A stretch of 64,000 bases of DNA from contig OZ316894.1 of assembly GCA_973895155.1 (NCBI GenBank), positions 23,186,709 through 23,250,708 on the forward strand, read 5' to 3'. The position numbers and the translations under genes were made by a program. Of this stretch, positions 26,274 to 39,800 are shown one piece after another (position 1 is the stretch's first letter; every line of letters starts with the position of its first letter). The notes under the pieces were generated by a model. That model worked only from the letters and a program-made list of their open reading frames with translations. It made no database searches and had not been told where the DNA came from. The DNA is from Marsupella aquatica (lineage: Eukaryota > Plantae > Marchantiophyta).

Positions 26274-27799
26274 ATCAAGTGTTTTCACTCACGATGGGAG
26301 TATGGGACCCGACCAGCCGACCGCCTTGCAAGAGAACGAGGAGGAAATGCAGCAAGAAGGAGCAACAGGGGAACATGAACTTCCTCTACTAAGGTCCACT
26401 CCTGGCCCAGCTAGCAGGCAGTGCCCACTTAATCCGTCAACGATCGACCGACCAAGATGACGGGCGGATGCACCCAACTATCACCGTTAATCAATGGAAA
26501 GCAATCAGGATTCACTCTATTCTTAGGATTCAGCTAGATCCATCAGCCTTTGGCATCACAAATCAAATTCCTTATTCTCGTCGACAAGCCATTGACCTAG
26601 GAGGACACAACAATGCCTCCTCAAGAAAATCCCAATCTCAACTCCACCTCCCTGGTCAGGTTGGTTGACCCACGTTTCTCCCCCTCTTGTCTACAGTCTA
26701 GTGCTCCACCACTCTGCCCTTTCTCCTCCCGCTTTCAGAATGTTGGACATTATTTGTATTCCAAAAATGGAGGAAGAGCAATTGAATCTGCGGCAGTCGA
26801 GTGGGAAGCTTTTCCATCCACAACTCCTTTGCTCTGGGAATTGAGAATGGAGAAAGCTGCCCTCCCCCTCAAGCTACACGGGACAAAGAGCTACGTCATC
26901 CACAGCGAGTCTAGTACAGTACTGCAACAACCGACCCAACACCAGACAGCTCTAGGAAGGCATGAATCATGAGAGAGCTCTGCTGGCGTCTCGTTCTCCT
27001 CCCGACTCCTCATTCACGGTTTCGAGTCAGGATTGAAAGTAGCAAAAAGCGAATGGAGCACACGGACTTGAATCGAGGCACGTCACGTATAATAATGATT
27101 CCCTCGATTGCGTAGACTATGAAATAAACACCAGGACACCACGACAGCCTCTCCTACGTTTGTAAGGCAGATTGCTTGTCTGTTGGAGCTCGGAAAGGTG
27201 GCAGAATCACGGTGAATTCGAAACGGTTTCGGTGCCCAAAAACTACGACATCGTCTCCTGAGTTTGTAAAACTCACCTGGAGACTCAGAATTCTGAAAGG
27301 TGGCAGAATCGCCGTGAATTCGAAGGGTGGTTGGTGCCCAGAATATATTCAGGTGCACAGTTAGTGGAAACTCATTTATTTATTAGAATCTCTTGGGTCC
27401 CACTCTTAGAGCATCTTGAGAGGTGGCTATGTGCAGGGTAACCCATCCCGAGAGGGGGTAAATGGGAGTAATGGAATTTTTTTAACCATTCATTTCAGTT
27501 TTACAAAACAAAAGTCACATTTGTCACTTTGTGACACTTGCACCTTCGTGTATTCTTCATTCAAATTTCAGAATCCCCAGACCAAATTTCAGAATTCCCA
27601 GGCCAAGCTGCCCCAGGGGTTCTGTGGCTACCTGGTAGACATATACAAAGGAAAAAATTCAGACGAGGTTTATGTGGCTGGAAAAGGTGTGTAACCTCCA
27701 TTTATTTTTTCTAGTCTGTTTTCCAGGCAAGGCTCGCAGTGTCATGCTCCCGGTCATGCTGTATCCTGTCCCCTCCAAATGGATGGAAGTGGGCCCCGC

Positions 27800-28210
27800 A
27801 AATGGGAGTAGGTGGCCGCTACATTTGGCAACATTGGTGGATTCGCTGTGGGAGTATGTGGCCGCTACATTTGGCAACGTTGGTGGATTCAAAGTGGGAA
27901 TAGGTGGCGGCTACATTTGGCAACGTTGGTGGATTCGAAGTGGGAATAGGTGGCCGCTACATTTGGCAACATCGGTGGATTCACTGTGAGAGTAGGTGGC
28001 CGCTACATTTGCCAATGTTGGTGGATTCGACGTGGGAATAGGGGGCTGCTACATTTGGTAACATTGGCGGATTCGCTGCGGGAGTAGGTGGCTGCTACAT
28101 TTGGCAACGTTGGTGGATTTGAAGTGGGAATAGGTGGCCGCTACATTTGGCAACGTTGGTGGATTTTAAGTGGGAATAGGTGGCCTCTACATTTGGCAAC
28201 ATTGGTTGAT
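27800..28210. repeat. Minisatellite, 46-bp unit, ~9 copies
   Basis: ggtggccgctacatttggcaac(a/g)ttggtggatt plus a 13-nt variable tail, period 46 (27812, 27858, 27904...). An isolated partial copy lies at about 28423-28452. Confidence 0.9.
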
Positions 28211-30805
28211 TAGAAGGGTAGTTGGTGCCCAAAAGATACATTTAGGTGTATGGTTAGTGGGAGCTCATTTATTAAAACCCCTTGAAACCCACTCAGAGCA
28301 TCTCTGGAAAATGTCTACAAACTCCATTGTTTTCCTTTGCCAGAGGTTTCTCAAGGTGAAGCTCTCACTGCACCCTGTATCCCCAAATCAATGGAGGCCC
28401 GACCACCCTGAAGTAAATAATTAGGTGGCCACTACATTTGGCAACATTTGGTGTATACATTATTTTTACAATAAAATACTAAAACAGGAGAATGGTATTT
28501 TGACATTGCTTTATTTCCTTGAAATAATTAATATTTCACACAGGTCTAGAGTGCGCAAATCGTAGCCTCGGGTCTTCTCATTCCATGATCTAAATCAGAG
28601 GCTTGCTGGTTTGGGGCAACAGTGTTTGGCCAAGGTGGGTGGAGATGGAAATTCAATGACAAACCAGACTAGCTGCTAGCCTGGACTTTGCCTTGGCTGC
28701 AGGCCTGGATGGGAGCAACAGTTCATGCAGCAATGAGGAAGAATTTTATTTTTACCTTGAAAACCTAAAACTGACCCATCCAACAGAGGATAGATGGTGA
28801 ACTCCGGAGCATGCACCTCTGTAGGGTAGCTCACAAGGGGGTCATACCCAGGACCAGGAGGGAGAGAGGGTTGGACCAGAGCCCCAAGCGGACTCACAGA
28901 ACCCTGACAAACCAAGGGGCTCTGGTCCAACCCTTGTGTCTATCTGGTTTTTTCTTTCACTTATTGCTGGGTGTAATTCTTTGACTGGTAGATTCAAAAC
29001 ATGTTAATAACTTGAAGACAATATGCTTGTCCATAGCTTAGCATATATCAAGAGTATGTTTTGGTAATTTACAAATTTGTCCACCCAATCCATCCCAGCG
29101 GGAAAGGTCTTTTTACAACCAATTGTTATTGTTCTTTTTATGATTAAGATGTGGGGTGCACCTAGTGATCTTCTACATTTCCTTAAAGACATCAAAATAT
29201 TTTGAAGTTTTTAAAGCTAAAATATATTTTATAATTTATAATTCACCTACCCAATGCCACCTGGCTGAGATAATACCAAACAATAGCAATTTGGTACTAG
29301 CATCACCGAAGAGGCAATGCATGACTACTGTAAGTAGCCCCTGTAAAGCAGGCAAAGCAATAGCGGTCGTTGGTCTCTTCTGTCAGAGAGGTCATTCACC
29401 TTCTCAAGGTTCATGCACTTTCTTTGATTTATTCGTTGCCTTCTGGAGCCCTATGTCCAACTTCTATGTGCTGATAGCTCACATAGGTGAGAGGCTTATT
29501 TATAGCCTCTGCAGACATAGCCCTTGACACCAAAAGCACTGATGCATGAATCTTCTCGATTCCATGCAGTCCCTACTTCTGTTTATCCTTAGGGTCCTAT
29601 CTGTTGGCTGCTGTATGCACATGCCAATATGAGACCACACATTTGTGCTGTCAAAGGTTGGTAGTTGGTTGGTTGGGACCATCTTCTTCTCTCAGCCAGA
29701 CTTGCCTTTAAATTTGTGCCTCTGATCATTCGATTTGCTGTGACAGTCGTCTCCAGGGCCAAGCTGAGGGCAGCAGTACTCTTCCTTTCGCTCTAAACGT
29801 AACCCAGACAGCACAATCGAGCCTTCCCTCTGGTTAAGGGAACTGCACATCCAAAATAATGGCACTTGTGATTTGGAAAATCAATGCAATGTGTGAGGTC
29901 TGGTATGCTGCTGTATTTTGATGTGCATTTACCAGAAACGTGGATTAGGTGACTAGTATCCTGCATATGCTGACAGAAAAGATTAAGAGGTATACTGTAG
30001 ATGAAAAACTAAGGATAACTTAAAACTTAGGATGACTTGCTGTTCATGACCTTATATAAGTGATTAAGGGTTACATCTATGCAGAAGTCACCCGTATGCT
30101 ATGGGGCGAATGAAGTACTGAACTCATGTACCAGACCTCAGTAGGTAAGCTGTGCGTGGAGCGGTTCATGTCCTTGTACCATAACTCTATGTCATCCAGA
30201 CTCACAAGTTTGCAATCAGCGACTTCGCCCTAGAATTCGCCCCGGAAGTCTCCCACGCACGTTCCTGCTACCAGAAAGTACCTTTCTATGAACATCTGCA
30301 AGTTTCCATGTAGATGATAAAAATGGGTACAGGGGAATGAGGTAGTATTGTCCGCCAAGAGTTTTGCAACTCAAAATCTAATTACGAAGGTACATGAAAA
30401 TTTTATTTGGCCTGGAAATAATGTACATCTCAAATTAAATTTATAACTTTTTACGCTACAAATGCATGACTGTAGACTACATTGGAATAAAGCTGCGCAA
30501 AGTTCTTTGCCTGCGAATGGTCATTCAGAATTGGCATCAGGAAGAAAAACTCTTTCCATGCACGGAAGGTTCTTTGACTACGAGGGGGCATATTGACTTC
30601 TTTTTACATTACGAGGTACTTGAAGAAGGGCAGGAATATGCATGAAGGGAGGTGTGTCGCTGTATAACTCTACAACTATGCAGAATTTCATACTGAAACT
30701 GCACATCAAAAATATTGCTGGGCAAGGTGTGGGATCAAAGGAGGTTGGTGAAAAGATCTGCTGAAGATTAGATAGGGCATGTAACTCTCCTTTCTGCTCA
30801 TCGAA

Positions 30806-33800
30806 CTAAATAGGGCGCTTGTAAGGTTTAATGCCCCAGATTTGCTCTGCGTATTCCTTAATTGTTCGATCGCTGCTGAACTTCCCCGTTCCAGCAGTAC
30901 TCAATATACTCATTTGCAGCCACCGTTTTTGATCAACATATGCTGTGTCCACTGCAGCCTGCACATCAATTACGAACAATCAAACTTAAATATAATTGCA
31001 ACAACAGAAGATTCTGTGAGGCACACAACTTTGTCAGGAACCAAATATCACATGTCTGCAGAGTCTCAATCCATCACTTCCACTCAGCAAATGGTCATTG
31101 ACAAAACAGCAATTACAGTTTTCATTTCGTCATAAGTATGAATTGATTTTGCAAAACTTCAGAGGCACTACCAATTTTGTAAGACAGAGGACTACAGTAT
31201 TGCTTTTTAACACTGCGTTGACGTCCATCTCATTGGCAGTTTGCAGAGACCTACCTGTGCTTCTAGATAGCTTTGAAAGTCATTTCCAATCAAATAATAG
31301 TCTCCACCTTGCTCCAATGTGTCACATAGCACTTGGAAATGTTCCTGGTGCCCAAAAACACCACTTCGTAACATCCTGTGAAGCCAGTGCCAAGGACAGA
31401 CGAGCTTAGAGAAAATCTATCGATCTTAGCAGGCAAGAAAATTTCCACTGCTCAAGGGAAAAACCCTGAGGTAGGTCATTGAAGTGCGTACCCAACGACA
31501 CGATTAAATGCGCGTGGAGGATTGAAGTTTCTTCGTTCCGCCCTCAGTTTGGGAACTTGATCGGCTGTTGCCCCAAACAGAAACTGGTTCCAACCGGGAG
31601 ATGGACATCAAAATCGTTATAAAGCTGTTATATGTGACCCAGAATTCCAAGGGTTGCTGCTAGTTTTTGTCCAATTCAATAGGTAATTGCATATACAGTT
31701 TTGAACAAACTCACCACATTTACCAAAGATCCCTATACAAATACCTACGAAACGTGCCAAAATCCCGTTTGAATCCGTTTCCGTGCAATGAACAGTATGG
31801 ACCGCAAGTGAACCAATAAAAGGGTTGACCAAAAGACGAAGAAAGTAATCTAACTTGCCACCTAGTTGAACAACACAGCACCAAGAGCAAGCTCTATCAG
31901 TCCATCAAAGCAGAAAATTTATCGTTGAAGCGTACAATATTCTCCTTGCCGATCTCCTTTTGAATTTCAAGATTCGCTCCATCATGAGTACCCAATATAA
32001 TGCACCCATTCATGGCAAATTTCATGTTACTTGTTCCTGATGCTTCATTACCTGCAGTACTGCAGAGTCCAGTGAATGACAGATAAGCAATGGATCTTAG
32101 AAGTGTCTGAATAGAGTCTGATCGATCAGACCTACTGCCAGCGTGTTTTAGTAGAGGTCACCAGGGATAGACAGCTATTAGTTGGGGAGGATGGAAACTG
32201 TACAGTCAAAGGCTCCCCTACGGCTCATGATTAGTGCAAGTGGCTGTGATTATTATCCGAACGAATCGAGATCTAAAACACTAATGACAAGAATACTGAG
32301 ATCCCAAAACTAAGATTCAGATAATCGTTCTAATGACGGCTTGGCCTGACCAAATCCTACGCTCAAATCGAACATGACATTGGATTGTACTTGTTCTGAC
32401 TACTAAAAGGCAGAAAGCTTGTAAGCATCGATCTATATTACATTGCAGTGCCATAAACTAGAAGGAAGGTGCTGAATTCAACTCAAACCAACAAAACCCA
32501 TGGCAAGAAGATAAGAAAGACATCAAACCTGATGTGCTGTGACATATCACTGGCAGGTATGATAAGCTCCGCCACTGAGACATTATAATCTGGAACAAAT
32601 ACCTGCGAGAATTGTCCATAAATGTACGGCAGACATGACTGACGCAAATTTGGCTCCTGACTGAAGCCTTTCACAGCATACTCAATATTTGCTGAGATGT
32701 ATCCTCCTTGCTTCAAGTTCTTAGTGTAGACTCCAGAGTCCCTTATTGACCAAAATACAAATCAAGTCATATCGCCCCTGCTTCATTGACGTGCAGAAAA
32801 GCATAACTAAAGTAGAGAGCAAGGACATGAGGTAGAAAGTGTACCACTTTCAAAAGATTCCCTATATCAGGATCATGATTGATTTTTTCTCCAATAACAG
32901 AGACAAGTTTGATAATCTTCTTGGCAACCTCATATCCTGGGGCTGCTTTGCCCCCCAGTATACACACGCGTGGTACAACTCTCTTCTTCTCTTCTGGAGA
33001 CATGTTCTGTAGACAAACACAAACCAGGTTAGTTTTACTTTCTTGCTCAACTGCTACAGCTTTTGTAAATAGTTAATTTTTTCGCAGGACCAGAATATCA
33101 CCGCAATTTTTAAAGCAGGGTAGGAAATAACCTTGATGCAATCATATCTATGTATGATGCTCAAAATATTGAGGAACTGGCGCTTGTACTCATGGATACG
33201 CTTCACTTGAACGTCAAACATAGCATCAATGCTAACCTGCACAGATTAAGTCACTAGTAAGCTGTGCTGGAACTGGTGCATCTAGCTTGCTCAATCATAA
33301 TTTTGTCCAAATGGCACTCCAGACTGACCAATACTAAGTACATTTGTTGGGTGTGGGAATCCATTCGAACGAGGTCGAGCCAACTTCCGAATATAAAGAG
33401 CCATCCCTAAAACACTCAACGAAGGCAAAGCCACCTATTTCAGATCTAAGGCTGCCATATCTCCAGACGATGCGTGCGGGAGAAAATACAAAACCACTAG
33501 CTACCTTAGCTCGGATCTAAGACTGCGTTCTCCCCAGGAGATCCAAAGAACGAACAGGACTCCAATCTTGACCCCCGGCCTCAATATGGGCCACACCAAA
33601 ACGCTAGCACTTCATTCTCAACAGAATTCCTTTCTTGCTACTATGGGTTTCCCTTAGCAGACTTGCCCTTGTACACTCTTTTCTTCGGTCCAACAGGTAG
33701 ACGACTCGTCCGTTGCTCTAAATTGGTTGTAAGGACTCTGTTCCCGTAACCCCCACTTTTATGTATGGATCTCCTCTCTGGTAGAGCCATGCTTCGAGCA

Positions 33801-36800
33801 GCATGTGTCCTATAATGGTAAGAATTGCCAGTGCAAAATTTATTTTTCAAATGTCCTTTTAAAAGAGGGTACTGAGCAAATGGGCGAACAGTTGGGACCA
33901 GAATGAAAGGATGAAAGCCTGGATTGACTTAGCGTCCGCATATCCTATATCAGAGCAAGGGACAGAACGTACAAGACAAATGCCAGAACTAGAAAGAAAA
34001 AGAAGGAAAAGAAGAAGGAAAGGAATGCCTGATTAGACTAGAAGATAACTATAGGTTGGCTCTTGCAGTTTAGTAGTTGTCCTAATATGGTCCCTGGCAC
34101 AAGCCTAGTCTTCATGAGCAAGAACTCCCTTACAAACGTTTAAAGCTCCTACATCTAAGACTCGGCAGCGAACGACATACCAGAATACCAACAGAAAGCA
34201 GAACTTGAGACGTCGAGGATGAGAATAATTCCTATAACTGATTATTCCTTAAATGAGCATTCCCTTAAAAAATACCTACGAAGCTCGCATAGAAACTAAG
34301 TACGAGACAAATGTGGCCAAAACAGGGAGTGTCTTCAGACCTTCACACCACTGATCCCTTCGATGTAGATTGCCAGCCTTGCCTTGTTTTGCCGACGTAC
34401 CTGTATCTCAACGCCGGTAGAGTGAAAACTACAAGTAATCAAGCACCTGGGTGTTTGGAGTGAATTGGGTGACAGCAGTGATCTTCAAAGTCAGAACCAA
34501 CACGCCCATCGATTATGTTATTACAAACGAATTGTCTGCATCCCTATCAGAGAAAAATGAAGCACGTCTCTATTTGTTTGCAAATGGGAAATGGTTTCTA
34601 CTGACCGTAGCTCTCACACATACTAATTATAATAACTGTAGATGAGACCAAGAAACCGATACCTGTTTCCACTCAGTTTGAAGTTCTTCATTTTGTACAT
34701 GCTTTCGGAGTCCTGAAACCAGGTCAAGATTGGTGATCCATGCCTCCGTCCCCAGATATTTCGTGATCACTTCCTTCAACCCAGGGTTACAAAATGCAAG
34801 CCAACGTCGCTGCGCCAGCCATACAAATTATGAGAAGTTGTGGAGGAATCTACAGTCACTGGTGCTGATGCTGTAAATGATGTGACCAGTTCGACGTCAC
34901 TATCTAGTTTGTGACAATACTCAAGCATTTTCCTTCGTACAAACTTTATTGTCAACGATGTAACGTGACTCATAACTAGACTGAATACTTTGGCAAGAAG
35001 ACTCCTTACCGGAGTGACACCATTCGTCTTATTTTGAAACTTGTGTGGCCACAGCTCATAAAAATCCTGATAAAAGTATAGAAAGAAAGGAAGTTAGAAC
35101 AATTCAAACCACATGAGGCAACGATTTAGTAGAACAGGTAAAACTTGCGTGTCAGAGATATTGAATATAGGCCTCACAAGGAGAAGTTTTCATGGCCCTC
35201 GCGTATTTGGGGGTTTCCAGACAAATTTGAAGACCAAAACAGTCACTACCGTCATTGCAGCAGACGAAGGACGTGGATGAGGGATGGGTGCATAATGTTA
35301 AGCTCGTACAATTTTGGGGGGGCAGGGCTTGCAGGCCTAAAAGAAAATCAAGTATCCATAAACTACATCAAGAATAATTGCAAGCAGAGGTACTAGGTTA
35401 ACAAGCCTTCGTCCCTGTGTGCAAAAGTTGATGGACACAAACTGTATTTTGGAGATTTAAAGGACCACCAAACATAGTCAACCCAAATCTTGTTAAACGA
35501 CAACAAGCCTAACCTTGAATATGTTCTTGATATGGGCTGTGTGGATTTCAGAAACACCGTTGACTGTGTGTGATGCCACGACTGCCAATGTGCCCATGCG
35601 CACAACCTGCATTTCAGCCAGTACTTATTACCCTTCCATTTTGGCAGAACATTTTGAGACTCGCCATCAACTACCCTCTATGCAACTATGCAACATCAAG
35701 AATGTTCTACATTTATCCAAACAGAATTAGCAACAACTCGTCTAAACTCAATATATGTTATTCATATTCATACTCTGCAATTATGATGTAGACATAGCAC
35801 GACTATTGCAGTATTCGCAATGAGAGACAGAATAACTTGCCTTTTCCTTGCCCTCTTCTATGATAGACATCCTCGCTAGTCGTTCATAATCATTTCCATA
35901 TTTCCTTTTCACCTCCTCAATGAAGTGAGAATTGATATCATAAATAATCTGGTTCATTGACAAGCGTTTATCGACGATAAGAAATCACTGTTAGCTCAAA
36001 TTTAAAAATTGCAGATGTAACGCAACTGCCCCGTTCCAATACGTACTCCTATTCATTATGAAGAACAGAATATAGCAAACAGCTTGACTGTAAATGTTCT
36101 CGAGCCTTCATGTTCCACCACTATAACAAGAACTTTCTGCCGCCAAATCGGCTTATCGTATGCAGGCAATACAGTTGCGTCTTCCCTGGTGTAGTTAAAA
36201 GCCGACGAGAACTAAAAACAGGTCACTGAATTCATTTTCCTTGCCTGGAGATGTCGGGGTAGCAAATTTGCCATCAGATCAACTGGCCACTTTTCAAGCG
36301 TTTCAGGCAGAACTGTGTGGTTTGTGAATGAGAACAATTTAGAGCATATTTCCCATGCATGTACCCACTCCATGCCTTCTTCATCCAGTAGTATCCTGAG
36401 GAGTTCTGGTACACCAATCGATGGATGAGCATCATTGAGTTGCAACGCAACCTGTCCCCAGTGAACAAGCTCCTAAGTCAGTTCCTTAGTCGCAGGCAGA
36501 AACCAGGTCGCATGCGCTTTCTCTACAGACCCGACACAAAGGTTTGCAAATTGAACATATTTACAAGGAAATCAAATTCTCGGAAACTGACACACTAACA
36601 CACCTTGTCAGGAAGCTCGTCAAAACTGGCATGGTGATCCTTGAACCTCCGTACAACATCCTGCAACGAAGCTGAGACAAAGAAGTACTGCTGCTTCAGT
36701 CGAAGCTCCTTTCCCTGCAGGTGTAGGCAAAACAAAAAAGAGCAACTATTGGGCCAAGTGTTGATGATAATCATCTGTTGTACCTATATGCATGCCATTA

Positions 36801-39800
36801 TGCATATAGGTACCTATATGCATGCCATTCCAACTCAAGAGAGACAGCGAACAGTTTGAATGTGGGAAAGGTTTTCTCATTATATATCCCTGGACGAAGA
36901 TGAAGGCTGGCAATGCAGTAATCGGTATCACCTAAGCAGCTAATCAGCGTTAACAAAATCCATGTGGATTTCTCACACTGCTCATTCAAAGCTATAACAT
37001 AAATCAACGGTGTGCAAGAACTGGCTCAATATCAATAGCTGTCCAAAACCCTTTCCCCAACAATCCGCACAAACTCACTACTAGGAGCAAAAAAAATCAA
37101 AAGATCACTTTCGATTGTGACGAAGCTCACATGGTATGTCCGATCATCGGGATAAAGAACACTACTGATTGCTTCTGCACGATGCTTGCTGAGAATTGCG
37201 TTCACATAGTCGCCTGTGTTGAAAGATTGCTGTCGCAGAGAAACAACCCATATCGCAGAAATTAGAGCCTCTGAACTATAAAGCAAAGTGCATTTGCGAA
37301 AAACTTTACGACAACACAATCACCAAGGCTACAACGATTTACTCGAAGTTTAATTATCCTACAAAGTGTTCCCCAATTTTCTGCTTAAAGTATTACAATG
37401 CAGGAGCATCAAACCTACCAGATCAAATTCTCCACTTGGCTTAGCAGCCCAAAGGCGTAAGTTGATCGTATTCCTGGTCCCATAACCAGGGATTGGATTG
37501 TCGTAAGCCACAGCTGCTACCTGCAGGAAATCGAAAAAGCCATCACACTATTTTGAGCTGCCAGGCTGCAATGTGGCAGTACAGTGTACTAGACACATCT
37601 AATGAACTGGGAAAAGCCATTCTCTCAGTTCCCTACTTCCACTGGACTACTATTGTAACCTGGGTTCTGACATCACCAAAGTTACAATCCATCCCACAAC
37701 CTGCCCAAAATGGGCAGCGCACAGCTTACCTACTTCCATAATCCCCATTTGCAACCCTAACACTCGAAAATAATTTTTTTTAATTATTAAACAAGTGCAA
37801 ATGACCAAGTAAAGACAATCCTATTTAATTGTTCTGGCTACATCGCAGACATTCTCACCTGCTCACCTGCAGTCCACGTGTAAAGCTTCCTACCATTCCA
37901 CTTCTCTTCGACTTTTCCATAGAACTGTAAAATACGCATACCACGATATCAGTGCAATGAGGCCATAGCAAGAGATGGGTTCTGCAGCAGTCAGCACGAC
38001 AAAACTTCTTGGTTTTTCGAAAGGAAGTTGATTGGATTCCTTTCACACAAGTGAGACATCAATCCAGAGGGAGAAAATCAAAGAAAAGACGAACGTAGGC
38101 GCTCACTTTGATAGGGTAGGAGACATGAACACGCTCAATTTCCCATGGATTCCCAAAATTGAGCCAGTAATCAGGTTGCTCATGTTGAAATCCGTCTTGC
38201 AGAGTTTGTCTAAACATACCATACTGATATCGTATCCCATATCTGCAAAAAGGAAGCATCTCCTCGTGACTTTGAAGCCGCGAATTTCTAGGTCTTGAAG
38301 TGAGGACGCTACCATGCTAACAAGAAACGGCGGAAAGACTCCTCGCTAGTTCACCAATGCTCATTGGGAAAGACAAATATTGCAACACGACAGGTAGGTT
38401 TATGACCGAAGAAATGAAGCCGAATACTCAGAATTCTCCGTTGTCAAGTTGGCGATGAAGCATCAATTCTAGCACCTTTTCTTAGCAGTGTAAACACACA
38501 ATAATGCAGGCAACAGAAATTCACTAGGGAGTGATTCCTGCAGAATGAAAAAGAAACAAGCCTATCTCTGGAGCACGAATTTTACCCCCAAGCGGAATAA
38601 TTCATTGTTGCAAGAGAATCCAGGAAGCATGCAGCAAGGCGCCCAAGCCCACCGTTTCCAAGAGCTGCATCACGTTCCTGAGATGAAGAACAAAAAACAT
38701 GCCTGTTATCAGATAGGGGTCACCTGAGCCCGTCTGTGCTGATTGTTTAAGCAACGGAATCTAGAAGAGTGTGAGTCTTGTTCATTGATCCATTGGAACC
38801 TCGACGAAATAAAAATTCCTCATGGAAATGTGCCTCCATTATAATGTGTAAAGAATTTCATGGCAACAAACAACCTCTCTAAGTTCCCCTGCAGTACCTG
38901 TAAAAGCTACTAAAGACAAAGTAACAGAATATCTTTCCGAACTGAAGAGATTGTAGGAGGGGGATTCGATACATTTAAGGCTTCCTTCATGACTCGCCGT
39001 AGTAAGATAGAGACTAACCTGTTCAACGCAGACCTCCAAGTTGTAACCCAGTTGCCTCAATGCCTCCTCGTACGGATCCTTGATTCCAAGGTTATATACA
39101 CTATTCAGCAGCGAACGACCTGATTGAACAAATTTGAGCACAACAATCAGGCTGACTAGTCTGGCTCTGGTTGCACCAAGGGGAATTGGCACCCAAGTGC
39201 TCCTGATCACGATGCCGGACAAAACGTATGGAGAATTATTTGCTTTGAGAAAAAGAACTAGAATCGCAACAGCTATGAAATTCAAAACTCACCCATCAGA
39301 AATTCCATCGAAAGATAATAAACTCTCTTCGTGTCCAATTGTCTGAAGAAGTCTTGTGTATCATTCCAACTTTCAATTAGACGGTCTCTGACGCTGTAAG
39401 CAGTAGCCTGTAAAGTATACAGGTGCCATAATCCAGAACTCAAATATTAGACGCCCAATGCCGAGGAATCAGCTTGCATTTTCTCGGATTTTTTCACAGA
39501 ATACACTAAACAAAGTTTTCTTGGCAAGATATTTCATTGATGTGTGCTTGTGCGAGGAAGTTGTGAGACACAGTCCGGTAACAAGGCATGATTCTCGACT
39601 AAATCTCTCATTGTTACATTTCTATCGTCTACAAGAACCATTGGAAAATATATATATCCTCACTTACCGCCACCAGAAATGGAACTGCTTCAACTCTTCA
39701 TGCCTTCAAGTGATGTAGCTACATCCTATTCGTTGTTAAAATTTGAAGCGTGAGGCGCCCCTCATGACGGCATTAACATACCAACACCACACAGCAGACA

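Noticed and set aside
27800-28210. CRISPR-like appearance (constant repeat plus variable segment)
   Set aside because: The variable parts are only about 13 nt and fall into two related types rather than unique spacers. The context is eukaryotic and there are no cas genes; it is a minisatellite.
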